Origin: an uncultured Candidatus Rokubacteria bacterium
GTDB lineage: Bacteria > JAUVQV01 > DATDCY01
DNA length: 64,000 nucleotides
Reading direction: 5' to 3'
Assembly (NCBI GenBank): GCA_963699775.1
Contig: CAVOVE010000001.1
Span: 219,772-283,771 of the forward strand
Below, piece after piece: positions 14,547-25,475 of this stretch; position 1 is the first letter of the stretch, and every line of letters starts with the position of its first letter. Position numbers and translations under genes: made by a program. Under the pieces are notes generated by a model that saw only the letters and a list, made by a program, of their open reading frames with translations, was not told the DNA's origin and did not search any database.

Positions 14547-14646
14547 GGATGAGCCCTTTGCTAGAAACCGTCATCGGGTCTTTCGCGTGCGTGGATTGAT
14601 GCGCGGGACCTGGCGCTGAAGCCTGGCGCAAGGAGGGCGCGGGAAG

Positions 14647-14933
14647 ATGTGTTGCGATCTGTGCGACCACTATTACAGCTGCGAGGAAGTGGAAAAAATG
14701 AAACTGACCTGTTGCACCAAATGCGATGAATACGTCGATTGTCACGGAGAAGCCAAGGCGGTGGGCCGGCGCGTCGATGATGACGACGAGGACGACCTGG
14801 ACGAGGATGACGACGACGACGATGACGAAGACGACGACGACGATGACGACGAGACGACGACGAATTCGGCGAGGGTGATTTTGAGGATGATTTCGACGAC
14901 GAGGACGACGAGGACGACGAGGACGAGGAATAG
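14647..14933 (+). CDS. Small Cys-rich protein (8 Cys + His in 36 aa) with a poly-Asp/Glu tail; one frameshift in the tail
   Basis: MCCDLCDHYYSCEEVEKMKLTCCTKCDEYVDCHGE then about 55 residues of D/E. AAGGAGGG ribosome-binding site 6 nt upstream. Corrected frame ends ...DEFGEGDFEDDFDDEDDEDDEDEE then TAG at about 14930. Confidence 0.45.
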
Positions 14934-15067
14934 CAGTCCCCGACTGTCCCGGCGGCCGGTTCGACCGGTTTCGGCAGGTTACCCAGACCACGACCGGACC
15001 GGGCGTCGCCCGGAGCGACCCTGCCGTGGTTGACGGTTTTGCTGAAGCGGTGCTACAGTCGGCCCGG

Positions 15068-16489
15068 ATGCGTGGTTGGTTCGCGCGGTGTCTCCGCAGT
15101 GTCGGTCTTTGGAGGGTGGTTCCGGTGATACAGAAAGCAACGCGGTTGGCAGTGCTGGTGCTCGCGGTCCTCGCCTGCGGTTCCGGGTCGGCCGTCGCCG
15201 CTGGCGACCGGATGGGCGGCACGGGGTTGTACCTGACCCACAGCGCCGAAACGCTCGCCCCGGGCGCGATGCGTGCGGGCGCATTCGGGGAGTACGTCCG
15301 CTACGTCGTTTCGGAGGATCCCGAGACCTACGACCTTGCTCCGCAGTTCGCGTGGTCGCCGGTGCGCGACCTCGAGTTCATGTTCGCCATGCCGCTGCTG
15401 CGCCAGTTGGTCACCCCGGACGGCAAGGAGACGGGCATCGGCGACGGGGTTGTCGGCCTGAAGTACCGACTCTTCCCGCACGTTGCGGCGCTCTCGTACG
15501 TTTCACTCCCTTTCGGCGATGAGGGCCGCGGCCTGGGCAGCGGCGGGACGGATGTCGGTGTTGCCGGAATCCTTTCTTACCCTCTCGGCGCCGGCGTGGT
15601 TGCCGACATCAACGCCGGTTATCAGTTCACCGGTGTTTCGGGGACCGACGGCGACGATTATCTGTTCTACGGGCTTGGGCTGTCCGTGCCGGTCGGCGCA
15701 CGCACCAAGATTTTCGGCGAGATTGCCGGCCGCGCGGTCATGGAGGGACAGACCCACGACACGGTGCAATTCGATCTTGGGCTTCGGCACCAGCTCAACG
15801 ACCGGATCTCGCTGACCGTCGGCGGCGGGCGGGGAATGAGTGGCGACTACGGCCCGGAGGATCCGGAACTGCGGCTCTTTGCCGGCTTCGACGTTCTTTT
15901 TGGCGCTGCTCCGGCGGCTCCCCAGGGAGCTGTTCCCGCCGCCCCGGCGCCGGCCGCGAAAGCAGCCGCGGCCGCGCCGACCGTGAAAGCGGCCGCTGCC
16001 GCGCCGCCGGTCGCGCCCCCGGTTTCTGCCGCCCCCGCTGTCGCTGCGGCGCCGGTCGCGCCCCCGGTTTCTGCCGCCCCCGCTGTCGCTGTGGCGCCGG
16101 TCGTCGCCGCCCCCGCGCCGGCTCACTCGGCACAGGAACTCGACGCGGCCAGAAAACGCCTGGCTGCCGCCGAGATCCTCTTCGAATACGACCGGACGCG
16201 TCTCACCCCCGAGGGCGAGCGTGCGCTCCAGCAGGTCACTGCCGACATGCTGAAGTACCCTGAAATCAACTTCACGATCGAGGGGCATGCCGACAGTCGC
16301 GGCACCTCGAGCTACAACAAGATCCTCGGACTGCGCCGCGCCGAGGTGGTGATGCGCTCTATGGTCAAGGCCGGGATCGGCTTCGGCCGGCTCAAAGTCG
16401 TCACTCAGGGCGAGATGAAACCCAGGGTTCCGAACAAGGACGCGCGCGGCATGGCGCTCAACCGCCGCGTCGTCTTCTCGGCGCTGTAG
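15068..16489 (+). CDS. OmpA-family outer membrane protein (beta-barrel N-domain, Pro/Ala/Val-rich linker, C-terminal OmpA peptidoglycan-binding domain)
   Basis: Signal/lipobox-like LAVLACGSGSAVAAG. C-terminal OmpA domain (FEYDRTRLTPEGERAL...TIEGHADSRGTSSYNKILGLRRAEVV...NRRVVF). Alternative GTG start at 15125. Confidence 0.75.
   Translation: MRGWFARCLRSVGLWRVVPVIQKATRLAVLVLAVLACGSGSAVAAGDRMGGTGLYLTHSAETLAPGAMRAGAFGEYVRYVVSEDPETYDLAPQFAWSPVRDLEFMFAMPLLRQLVTPDGKETGIGDGVVGLKYRLFPHVAALSYVSLPFGDEGRGLGSGGTDVGVAGILSYPLGAGVVADINAGYQFTGVSGTDGDDYLFYGLGLSVPVGARTKIFGEIAGRAVMEGQTHDTVQFDLGLRHQLNDRISLTVGGGRGMSGDYGPEDPELRLFAGFDVLFGAAPAAPQGAVPAAPAPAAKAAAAAPTVKAAAAAPPVAPPVSAAPAVAAAPVAPPVSAAPAVAVAPVVAAPAPAHSAQELDAARKRLAAAEILFEYDRTRLTPEGERALQQVTADMLKYPEINFTIEGHADSRGTSSYNKILGLRRAEVVMRSMVKAGIGFGRLKVVTQGEMKPRVPNKDARGMALNRRVVFSAL
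16001..16096 (+). repeat. Tandem 48-bp direct repeat (2 copies) encoding a PVAPPVSAAPAVA linker repeat inside the OmpA-family gene
   Basis: gcgccggtcgcgcccccggtttctgccgcccccgctgtcgctg(c/t)g occurs twice in tandem. Confidence 0.6.
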
Positions 16490-16556
16490 CAGGGCGCCGG
16501 AAAAAGTTGAGCGGGCAGCCTGCCAGCCCTCGCAGCACGGGCCGGGCGGACCGCGG

Positions 16557-17024
16557 GTGACTCGCGTGGTTCGTGTACTCGCGGTCGTCATCGGGACCGG
16601 GTGCGGCACGGGTTTTTCGCCCTTCGCCTCGGGTACGGTCGGGAGCCTCCTCGGCGTTGCGCTCTACGTTCCGCTGGCCGCGGCGGGACTGCCGGCCGTA
16701 GGGGTTGCCGTAGCCCTGCTCTTCCCCGTGGGCGTCTGGGCGGCCGGCGTCTGCGGGAAACGCTACGGGGCCCACGATCACGGGCGGATCGTCGTCGATG
16801 AGATCGTTGGACAGGTCATTGCGCTGGCAAGCTTTCCGGCGCGTCCGGGGTGGTTGCTCGCCGGGTTCCTGCTCTTTCGGGCCTTCGACATCTGGAAACC
16901 ATTTCCCGCGGGGCGGATCGACGAGCGGTGGCGCACCCCGCTCGGGGTGATGGCCGACGACGTCGTCGCCGGCGTCTATGCGAATCTCACCCTCCAGGTC
17001 GCGCGGGCATTCCTGGGGGCCTGA
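16557..17024 (+). CDS. pgpA: Phosphatidylglycerophosphatase A
   Basis: 155 aa; PgpA family (GTVGSLLG..., FRAFDIWKPFP). Confidence 0.8.
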   Translation: MTRVVRVLAVVIGTGCGTGFSPFASGTVGSLLGVALYVPLAAAGLPAVGVAVALLFPVGVWAAGVCGKRYGAHDHGRIVVDEIVGQVIALASFPARPGWLLAGFLLFRAFDIWKPFPAGRIDERWRTPLGVMADDVVAGVYANLTLQVARAFLGA

Positions 17025-17509
17025 TGTCCGCCGTCGACACCCTTGCGGCCCATGTCGGCCGCGCGTTGCGCGCGCGTGCCGCCCGCCTGGCTCTAGCCGA
17101 GTCCTGCACGGGCGGCCTCGTCGGTGCCAGGGTCACCAGCGTCCCGGGGAGTTCGCGCTACCTGCTCGGCGGGGTCGTGGCCTATCACAACAATGCCAAA
17201 GTCGCGTTGCTGCAGGTGCCGCGCGGGATGCTGGTCCGCTTCGGCGCGGTGAGCGCCCCCGTGGCCGCGGCCATGGCGCGCGGGGCGCGCCGGGTCTTCA
17301 AGGCCGAGATCGCGGTCGCCGTTACCGGGATCGCCGGCCCCGGCGGCGGGAGCGCGGGGAGGCCGGTTGGCCTGGTCTATGTCGCCGTGTGCGGTTTCGG
17401 CCGGACTCGTTGCCAAAGAGCCCTGTTCGGGGGGCGTCGGCAGCGGGTGCGCGACCAGGCGGCCGATCTGGCATTGAATATGCTTTTAGAGCACCTTGAG
17501 GAGGATTGA
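17024..17509 (+). CDS. cinA: CinA C-terminal domain protein (nicotinamide-nucleotide amidohydrolase PncC-like)
   Basis: LALAESCTGGLVGARVTSVPGSSRY...VAYHNNAKV...GIAGPGGG is the CinA_C pattern. Start overlaps the pgpA stop (TGATG). Confidence 0.8.
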   Translation: MSAVDTLAAHVGRALRARAARLALAESCTGGLVGARVTSVPGSSRYLLGGVVAYHNNAKVALLQVPRGMLVRFGAVSAPVAAAMARGARRVFKAEIAVAVTGIAGPGGGSAGRPVGLVYVAVCGFGRTRCQRALFGGRRQRVRDQAADLALNMLLEHLEED

Positions 17510-17694
17510 GTACCTCGAGGAGGATTTACGAATGGCGATGTGCGGTGTTTTCAGGCCCCCCGGCACGTTCACTCGCCGGATTCGGGGGACGCGGTGATCC
17601 CGGCGGACCCTTCGGCGCACCAGGCTGTTCCCCGCGGGTTCGAACTGTAGTATTCTGACCACGACAACCTGCCGCAAACTCCACGGCGGGGCAG

Positions 17695-18771
17695 ATGGAG
17701 GAACCAGAGCCGATGGCAGATCCGAAGGACGGCAAAGACAAGGCACTCGAACTGGCGATTCTGCAGATCGAGAAGGCGTACGGCAAGGGCTCGATCATGC
17801 GCCTCGGCGCCGGCGAGTCACCTCCGGAGACGGGGGTCATCTCGACCGGGGCGCTGGGCATCGACATCTGCCTCGGTATCGGCGGCATCCCGCGCGGCCG
17901 CGTCGTCGAGATCTTCGGCCCCGAGTCCTCGGGCAAGACGACGCTGGCGCTGCACGTCGTCGCCGAAGCGCAGAAGCAGGGGGGGATCGCGGCGTTCATC
18001 GACGCCGAGCACGCCCTGGATGTGACCTACGCCCGCGCGCTCGGCGTGCGCACCGACGATCTGCTCATCTCGCAGCCCGACACGGGCGAGCAGGCCCTCG
18101 AGATCACCGAGGTTCTCGTGCGCAGCGGCGCGATCGACATCGTGGTCGTGGACTCGGTCGCCGCGCTGGTCCCGCGCGCGGAGATCGAGGGCGAGATGGG
18201 CGACGCCCACGTCGGGCTGCAGGCGCGGCTGATGTCCCAGGCGCTGCGCAAGCTCACCGCCGCCATCGCGCGTTCGAACACGACGGTGGTCTTCATCAAC
18301 CAGATCCGCGAGAAGATCGGCGTCATGTTCGGCAGCCCCGAGACCACGCCGGGCGGCCGCGCCCTGAAGTTCTACTCCTCGGTGCGCATCGACATCCGCC
18401 GCATCGCCCAGATCAAGAAAGGGCAGGACGTCGTCGGCAACCGCACCAAGGTCAAGATCGTCAAGAACAAGATGGCGCCGCCGTTCAGGGAGTGCGAGTT
18501 CGACATCCTCTACGGCGAGGGGCTCTCCTACGAGGGCGACCTCATCGACCAGGGCGCCGCCATGGAGATCGTCGAGAAGAGCGGCATGTGGTACTCCTTC
18601 GAGGGCGAGCGGATCGGCCAGGGCCGGGATGCGACCCGCCAGTTCCTCAAGGAGCACCCCGAGATCACCGAGAGGATCGACGTGAAGATCCGCGAGAAGG
18701 TCGGGATCAAGCCGCGGGTGGTCCGTCCGGCCGAGCCTGCGGTCGAAGAGAAGGGGGCCCGGAAAAAATGA
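17695..18771 (+). CDS. recA: Recombinase RecA
   Basis: Full-length RecA ([12 protein letters not shown] Walker A, L2 loop, and so on). Start may instead be Met-7 at 17713. Confidence 0.95.
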   Translation: MEEPEPMADPKDGKDKALELAILQIEKAYGKGSIMRLGAGESPPETGVISTGALGIDICLGIGGIPRGRVVEIFGPESSGKTTLALHVVAEAQKQGGIAAFIDAEHALDVTYARALGVRTDDLLISQPDTGEQALEITEVLVRSGAIDIVVVDSVAALVPRAEIEGEMGDAHVGLQARLMSQALRKLTAAIARSNTTVVFINQIREKIGVMFGSPETTPGGRALKFYSSVRIDIRRIAQIKKGQDVVGNRTKVKIVKNKMAPPFRECEFDILYGEGLSYEGDLIDQGAAMEIVEKSGMWYSFEGERIGQGRDATRQFLKEHPEITERIDVKIREKVGIKPRVVRPAEPAVEEKGARKK

Positions 18772-20076
18772 CCCAACCTCCCGCGCCGGTCCCCGGGCGT
18801 CCGCCAGCGCCCCCGCCCGCCCCGGCGGCGCGGCCGGCGGCTGCCGCTGCCGCCGCGAGTCGCGGGCAGCTCAACGATCTGCTGCGCATCGCGACCGAGC
18901 GCAAGGCCTCCGATCTGCACCTGAAAGTCGGGGCCTACCCCGTGCTGCGTCTCGACGGGATGCTCACCCCGCTGCAGGAGCGCGAGCGTCTGAGCCGGGA
19001 GTGGATGATCGACACCCTGTATCGGCATCATGACCCCGTCCCAGAAGGAAATCTTCAAGAAAAACACCGATCTCGACATGGCGTACAGCGTCCCCGGTCT
19101 CGGGCGCTTCCGGGTGAACATCTATCAGCAGCGCGGAACCATGGGGGCGGTGCTGCGCGTCATCCCGATGAAGATCCTCACCATCCGCGAGTTGGGCCTG
19201 CCGCCGATTCTCGAGAGTCTCTCGCTCGAACCGCGCGGGCTGATCCTCGTGACCGGGACCACGGGCAGCGGCAAGTCGACTTCGCTGGCCGCCATGGTCG
19301 ACCACATCAACGCCGGCCGCAACTGCCACATCATGACCATCGAGGACCCGATCGAGTACCTGCACCGCGACAAGCTCAGCCTGGTGAACCAGCGCGAGGT
19401 CGGCTTCGACGCGGCGAGCTTCGCCAGTGCGCTGCGCGCCTCGCTGCGCCAGGACCCGGACGTGATACTCGTCGGCGAAATGCGCGACTACGAGACCATT
19501 TCCACGGCGCTCGTCGCCGCGGAGACCGGGCACCTCGTGCTCTCGACGCTGCACACCGCGGACGCCGCCGAGACGATCAACCGCGTGATCTCGGTCTTCC
19601 CGCCGCACCAGCAGCAGCAGATCCGCCTCCAGCTGGCGACCGTGCTCCAGGGGATCGTCTCGATGCGGCTCGTCCCGCGCGCCGACGGCACCGGCCGCAT
19701 CCCGGCGGTCGAGGTGCTCGTCGCCACGACCCAGGTGCGCGAGTGCATCATCGCCGCCGAGCGCACGAAGGAGATCACGGACATCATCGCCGCCGGCACC
19801 TCCCAGTACGGCACGCAGACCTTCGACCAGGCGCTGATGGACCTCTACCACCGCGAGCTCATCACCTACGAGGAGGCGCTCCACCAGGCCACGAACCCCG
19901 ACGACTTCGCCCTCAAGGTCCGGGGGATCCAGTCCACCGAGGACATGTCGGCGGAGGCGTTCGGCGGCAAGAAGGACCAGGCCGGCTCCGGCGGCGCGGC
20001 CGCGCCGCAATCGGCGCGCGACGCCGTCGAACCGCCGGGAGGCTTTTCGATCGACCGTTTCGATCGCAAGAAGTGA
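18768..20076 (+). CDS. pilT: Type IV pilus retraction ATPase PilT/PilU family; one frameshift near 19025
   Basis: Ala/Pro-rich N-terminal extension, then PilT core ([26 protein letters not shown], His box, AIRN-like region). Start overlaps the recA stop. Confidence 0.85.
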
Positions 20077-20549
20077 CAGCGCCCGCCCCCGGACGAACGG
20101 CGTTTGCGGCGGCTCTGGCGCTCTTGACCGGCCGTGCCCTGACGGTCGGCGAACTCGCCGTGCGCTTGCGGCGCAAGGGGTATGACGCCGACGCGATCGC
20201 CGAAGCAACCGCCCGGCTCCTGGAGTTCGGTTATCTCGACGATCGGCGCACCGCTGCCGCCTGGGCGGAAAGTGCCGCCCTGATCCGCGGCCTCGGCCCC
20301 CGTCGGCTCCGGGAGGGGCTCGTCAGGCGCCACCTGCCGCGAGACCTCGTCGACGAGACCGTGGCGGGGCTTTTCGCGACGGGCGAGGAGACTCGGTTTG
20401 CGCTGGCCGTCCTCGGCAAGTGGGAGCGGGCGAAGGGCCCGGCGGCCGACACGGCCAGCCGGCACGCCGCCTACGCGCATCTGCGTCGGCGGGGATTTTC
20501 GGGCGCCGCGGCGAGGGCCGCGCTTTTCAACCGCCCCGAAATCGAATAA
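20073..20549 (+). CDS. recX: RecA regulator RecX
   Basis: GTG start overlapping the pilT stop. About 158 aa with the RecX three-repeat helical pattern ([15 protein letters not shown]..., [15 protein letters not shown]). Confidence 0.75.
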   Translation: MTAPAPGRTAFAAALALLTGRALTVGELAVRLRRKGYDADAIAEATARLLEFGYLDDRRTAAAWAESAALIRGLGPRRLREGLVRRHLPRDLVDETVAGLFATGEETRFALAVLGKWERAKGPAADTASRHAAYAHLRRRGFSGAAARAALFNRPEIE

Positions 20550-20594
20550 AATACATCATTCAGCCTTTTTCAGCGGCCTGCGGGGGGGAGAGCG

Positions 20595-21341
20595 ATGTCG
20601 GGGCATAGCAAGTGGGCGACGATCAAGCACAAGAAAGGGGCCACCGACGCCAAGCGCGGCGCGGCCTTCACCAAAATCATCAAGGAGATGACCGTCGCGG
20701 CGCGCATCGGCGGCGGCGACCCGGGCATGAACCCGCGCCTGCGCACGGTTGTCGAGAAGGCCAAGGCCGTGAACATGCCCGCCGACAACATCAAGCGCGC
20801 GATCCAGAAGGGCACCGGCGAGCTGCCCGGCCAGGTCATCGAGGAGGTCACCTTCGAGGGCTACGGCCCCGGCGGGGTCGCGGTGATCGTTGAAACCGCG
20901 ACCGACAACCGCAACCGCACGGTCGGCGACGTCCGGCACACCTTCGACAAGTACGGGGGGAACCTCGGGCAGAACGGCTGCGTGGCCTGGATGTTCGACA
21001 AGAAGGGCGTGATCGAGGTCGACGCCGCCAAGGCGAACGAGGACGAGCTGATGGAGCTGGTGCTCGAGGCCGGCGCCGACGACATGAAACTCGCCGACGG
21101 CACCTTCGAGATCACCACCTCGGTCGCGGGTTTCGAGACGGTGCGCCAGGTGCTCGAGGCCAAGGGGGTGCCGCTGTCGCTCGCCGAGTTGACCATGATC
21201 CCGCAGACCTCGGTGCACCTGGACGGCAAGCCGGCCATCCAGATGCTCAAGCTCATGGACGCCCTGGAAGATCACGAGGACGTCCAGAAGGTTTCGGCGA
21301 ACTTCGACATCGACGCCAGCGTGATGGAGCAGGCTTCCTGA
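20595..21341 (+). CDS. yebC: YebC/PmpR-family transcriptional regulator
   Basis: [15 protein letters not shown]... is the canonical YebC N-terminus; full length 248 aa. Confidence 0.9.
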   Translation: MSGHSKWATIKHKKGATDAKRGAAFTKIIKEMTVAARIGGGDPGMNPRLRTVVEKAKAVNMPADNIKRAIQKGTGELPGQVIEEVTFEGYGPGGVAVIVETATDNRNRTVGDVRHTFDKYGGNLGQNGCVAWMFDKKGVIEVDAAKANEDELMELVLEAGADDMKLADGTFEITTSVAGFETVRQVLEAKGVPLSLAELTMIPQTSVHLDGKPAIQMLKLMDALEDHEDVQKVSANFDIDASVMEQAS

Positions 21342-21370
21342 TTTTTTCGGCGGCCAGCCGGGGAGGAATC

Positions 21371-22444
21371 ATGGAGATCAGGATCGAGCCGCTGCCCGAG
21401 GCGCGTCGCAGGACGCTCCCCTCCGACCCGGCCGAACTCGGTTTCGGACAGATCTTCACCGACCGGATTCTCAAGGCCGACTGGAATGCCGACCGGGGCT
21501 GGCACGACGCCAGGATCGAGCCGTACGGACCGCTCGCCCTCGATCCCGCGGCCAAGGTCTATCACTACGCCCAGGAGGTGTTCGAGGGTCTCAAGGCCTA
21601 CCGCTGGCAGGACGGGCGCGTGGCGCTGTTCCGCCCGGGGATGAACGCCGCCCGCTTCAACCGCTCGGCAACCCGTCTCGCGCTGCCGGAGGTCCCCGAG
21701 GATCTCTTCCTCGAAGGCATCGACGCGTTGGTGCGGCTCGAGCAGGACTGGGTTCCCTCCGCCGCGGGCACCTCGCTGTACATCCGTCCGACCCTGATCG
21801 CCGTCGAGCCCAGACTCGGGGTGAGCCCGGCGGATCAGTGCCTTTTCTTCGTCATCCTCTCGCCCGTGGGAGCCTATTACGCTGCCGGTTTCAAGCCGGT
21901 GCGCATCCTCGTCGAGGATTACTTCGTCCGTGCCGTCCCGGGCGGAACCGGCACCGCCAAGACCGGCGGCAATTACGCCTCCTCGCTCGTCGCGGGCCGC
22001 AAGGCCAGGGAGCGCGGCTTCGAGCAGGTCCTCTGGCTCGACGGCATCCAGCGGCGCTACGTCGAGGAGGTCGGGGCCATGAATATCTTTTTCGTCGTCG
22101 ACGGCGCCCTGGTCACGCCGCCGCTCACGGACTCGTTCCTGGCGGGGGTGACGCGCGACTCGGTCCTCGAATTGTCGGCGAGGCTCGGCATCCCCGCCGA
22201 CGTGCGTCCGGTGGAGATCGACGAGTTGATGGCCGACGTGCGCAGCGGTCGGGTGAGCGAGGCGTTCGGCACCGGCACCGCGGCCGTGGTCTCCCCGGTG
22301 GGCGTGCTCGGCTACAAGGACGAGGTCGTCACCGTCGGTTCCGGCGGCGTGGGACCGGTGACCCAGCGGCTCTACGACACGCTGACCGGCATCCAGTACG
22401 GCCGCCTTCCCGACCCCTGCGGATGGCTGCACCAGCTCACGTGA
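21371..22444 (+). CDS. ilvE: Branched-chain amino acid aminotransferase
   Basis: 357 aa with PLP fold type IV pattern (EVFEGLKAYR, GTGTAKTGGNYA). Confidence 0.85.
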   Translation: MEIRIEPLPEARRRTLPSDPAELGFGQIFTDRILKADWNADRGWHDARIEPYGPLALDPAAKVYHYAQEVFEGLKAYRWQDGRVALFRPGMNAARFNRSATRLALPEVPEDLFLEGIDALVRLEQDWVPSAAGTSLYIRPTLIAVEPRLGVSPADQCLFFVILSPVGAYYAAGFKPVRILVEDYFVRAVPGGTGTAKTGGNYASSLVAGRKARERGFEQVLWLDGIQRRYVEEVGAMNIFFVVDGALVTPPLTDSFLAGVTRDSVLELSARLGIPADVRPVEIDELMADVRSGRVSEAFGTGTAAVVSPVGVLGYKDEVVTVGSGGVGPVTQRLYDTLTGIQYGRLPDPCGWLHQLT

Positions 22445-23016
22445 TGCCGGTGCCGACCCCCGGCGACGGGCTGCGCGTCCTCGGCATCGACCCGGGCGTC
22501 GCGGCGACCGGGTGGGCCGTCATCGGGCCCGGACCGCGGAAACCCGGCGTGATCGCCTGCGGCACGATACGAACCGCTCCGGCGGACGACGCCGCCTCCC
22601 GGCTGCTGAAAATCGCCCGCGGGCTGCGCGAGGCCATCGCGGCCCACGCGCCGCAGGTGGCCGCGGTGGAGCAGGCTCTGGTTGCCAGGAGCGCCCAGAG
22701 CGCCCTCGCGCTGGGCCAGGCCCGGGGCGTAGCGCTGCTGATCTCGGCCGAGGCCGGTCTTCCGGTTCACGAGTACCTCCCGATGCACGTCAAGCAGGCG
22801 GTCACCGGCTACGGTCACGCGGAGAAGGCGCAGGTGGAGCGCATGGTCGCGCACCTGGTGACGCTCTCCGGTTCACCCGGTTCCTCGCACGCCGCGGACG
22901 CGATCGCAGTCGCACTCTGCCACCTCGGGCACGGCGGGGTCCCGCGCGCCGCCACCCGCGGGCGTCGCTCGACCCGGGCCGCCTGGACCGCGTTCGCCGC
23001 GGGTGCGGGCCGTTGA
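22444..23016 (+). CDS. ruvC: Holliday junction resolvase RuvC
   Basis: LGIDPG..TGWAV... is the RuvC catalytic N-terminus. Start overlaps the ilvE stop. The C-terminus is extended by about 20 aa and overlaps the ruvA start. Confidence 0.85.
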   Translation: MPVPTPGDGLRVLGIDPGVAATGWAVIGPGPRKPGVIACGTIRTAPADDAASRLLKIARGLREAIAAHAPQVAAVEQALVARSAQSALALGQARGVALLISAEAGLPVHEYLPMHVKQAVTGYGHAEKAQVERMVAHLVTLSGSPGSSHAADAIAVALCHLGHGGVPRAATRGRRSTRAAWTAFAAGAGR

Positions 23017-23612
23017 TCGGCCGCCTCTTCGGGCGCATCGCCCGCAAGGCTCCGCAGGCGGTTTTGCTCGACGTTCGCGGCGTCGGCTACCTGGTCACCA
23101 TCCCGCTTTCGACCTTCTACACCCTTGCCGGCGAGGGTGAGGAGGCGGTGCTCGAGATTTCGACGCAGGTGCGCGAGGACGCGATCACGCTTTTCGGGTT
23201 TGCGACGGCGCGGGAGAAGGTACTTTTCGAGCAGTTGATCAGCGTGAGCAAGGTCGGGCCGAAACTGGCGACCTCGGTGCTCTCGGGGATCGCGGTCGAA
23301 GAACTCTGTGCCGCGATCTCCTCCGGGAACGTGGCCCGGCTCGCCACCGTCCCTGGAATCGGCATGAAGACCGCGGAGCGTCTCGTGCTCGAACTGCGCG
23401 GGAAGGTTCAGGCGCTCGCGTCGGCCGAGGTCCCCGCGGCGACGGGTGCCGGCGGTGCGGCGAGCCGGGCGTCGGACGACGCGGTCGCCGCGCTCGTGAA
23501 TCTCGGTTACAAGGCCAGGGACGCGGAGAAGGCCGTCGGCCGGGCCGCCCGTGAAGGCGACGGCAGTCTCGAGGCGATCATCCGCCGCGCTCTCTCGATT
23601 CTTTCCGGATAG
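23013..23612 (+). CDS. ruvA: Holliday junction DNA helicase subunit RuvA
   Basis: TTG start (LIGRLFG...); HhH domains, C-terminal domain III. Confidence 0.85.
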   Translation: MIGRLFGRIARKAPQAVLLDVRGVGYLVTIPLSTFYTLAGEGEEAVLEISTQVREDAITLFGFATAREKVLFEQLISVSKVGPKLATSVLSGIAVEELCAAISSGNVARLATVPGIGMKTAERLVLELRGKVQALASAEVPAATGAGGAASRASDDAVAALVNLGYKARDAEKAVGRAAREGDGSLEAIIRRALSILSG

Positions 23613-23621
23613 CGTTCCCGT

Positions 23622-23816
23622 GTGCGAGGCGACGGTGGCTTCCCTTCGCTCGTGCGTCTGCGCCGCCGGCCCGGAGTGGCGCACGAGGCTTGCGGGCTCG
23701 TAACTCGCCTGCGGCTCAAACAACGAGCCCGCATCCCTGCGGGACCGCCACGTGCACCGCACCGGGCTTCTCGGCGGCTCCGCGCATCTTCACTCAGTGA
23801 AGCCACAGCCGCCTCG
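23622..23816 (+). repeat. Full-length copy (about 195 bp) of the dispersed MITE-like element with terminal inverted repeats, in the ruvA-ruvB intergenic region
   Basis: About 85% identical to 37403-37604. Begins gcgaggcgacgg and ends cagccgcctcg, which are terminal inverted repeats. Shares the internal motif ctcgtaactcgcc...gctcaaacaacgagcccgc. Confidence 0.6.
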
Positions 23817-23851
23817 CCGATGTCCGTGAAGGCCCGAAGTGCGGTAGAATC

Positions 23852-24906
<1,055 letters not shown>

Positions 24907-24910
<4 letters not shown>

Positions 24911-25475
24911 GCGCCGGGCGGCTGCTCCTGCACGTCTGCTGCGCCCCGTGCGCCGCGTACCCCGTGCCGGCGCTGCGCGCGCTGGTGCCGCAGCTCACGG
25001 GTTTTTTCTTCAACCCGAACATCCAGCCCGACGACGAACACGCGCGCCGGCTCGAGGCCCTCAAGCGTTTTGCGCCCGCGCTCGGGTTGGACCTCGTGAT
25101 CGCCGCCGCCCCGGGTGGCGAATCGTGGTCGGCGGCAACCAGCGGGGGGAGGATCGCTGCCGTGGCTGTTACGAGCTGCGCCTGCGCGCCACGGCCCGGG
25201 AAGCGCGTCGCAGCGGTTTCGACTCCTTTTCAACGACCCTGCTCTATTCGATCCACCAGAAGCACGATCTCGTCCGCGCCGTCGCGACGGACGTGGCGCG
25301 CGCCGAAGGCGTCTCGTTTTTCTATCGGGACCTGCGCGAGGGCTGGACCGAGGGTGGGCGGTCCTACCGGGAGAGCGGGCTTTACCGACAACGGTACTGC
25401 GGCTGCCTGCCCTCGAAACTCGAGCGGGACGCACCCCGGCGGGATCGAGCCGCGATCGGGGCGCCGCCGTCGTGA
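24907..25475 (+). CDS. queH: Epoxyqueuosine reductase QueH (DUF208); one frameshift near 25150
   Basis: [10 protein letters not shown]...FFNPNIQP...CYELRL...[13 protein letters not shown]...[10 protein letters not shown], joined from ORFs 24907..26238 and 24948..25475. Confidence 0.7.

Noticed and set aside
14422-15222. 266-aa minus-strand ORF containing a VVVVFVIVVVVILV stretch
   Set aside because: It is the reverse-complement shadow of the GAC/GAG-rich poly-Asp/Glu tail of the plus-strand small protein; not a membrane protein.
17510-17694. LexA/SOS box upstream of recA (ttcgaactgtagtattctga)
   Set aside because: It does not match CTGT-N8-ACAG, GAAC-N4-GTTC or GTTC-N7-GTTC consensus cleanly. 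Without knowing the lineage-specific LexA motif this is unsupported.
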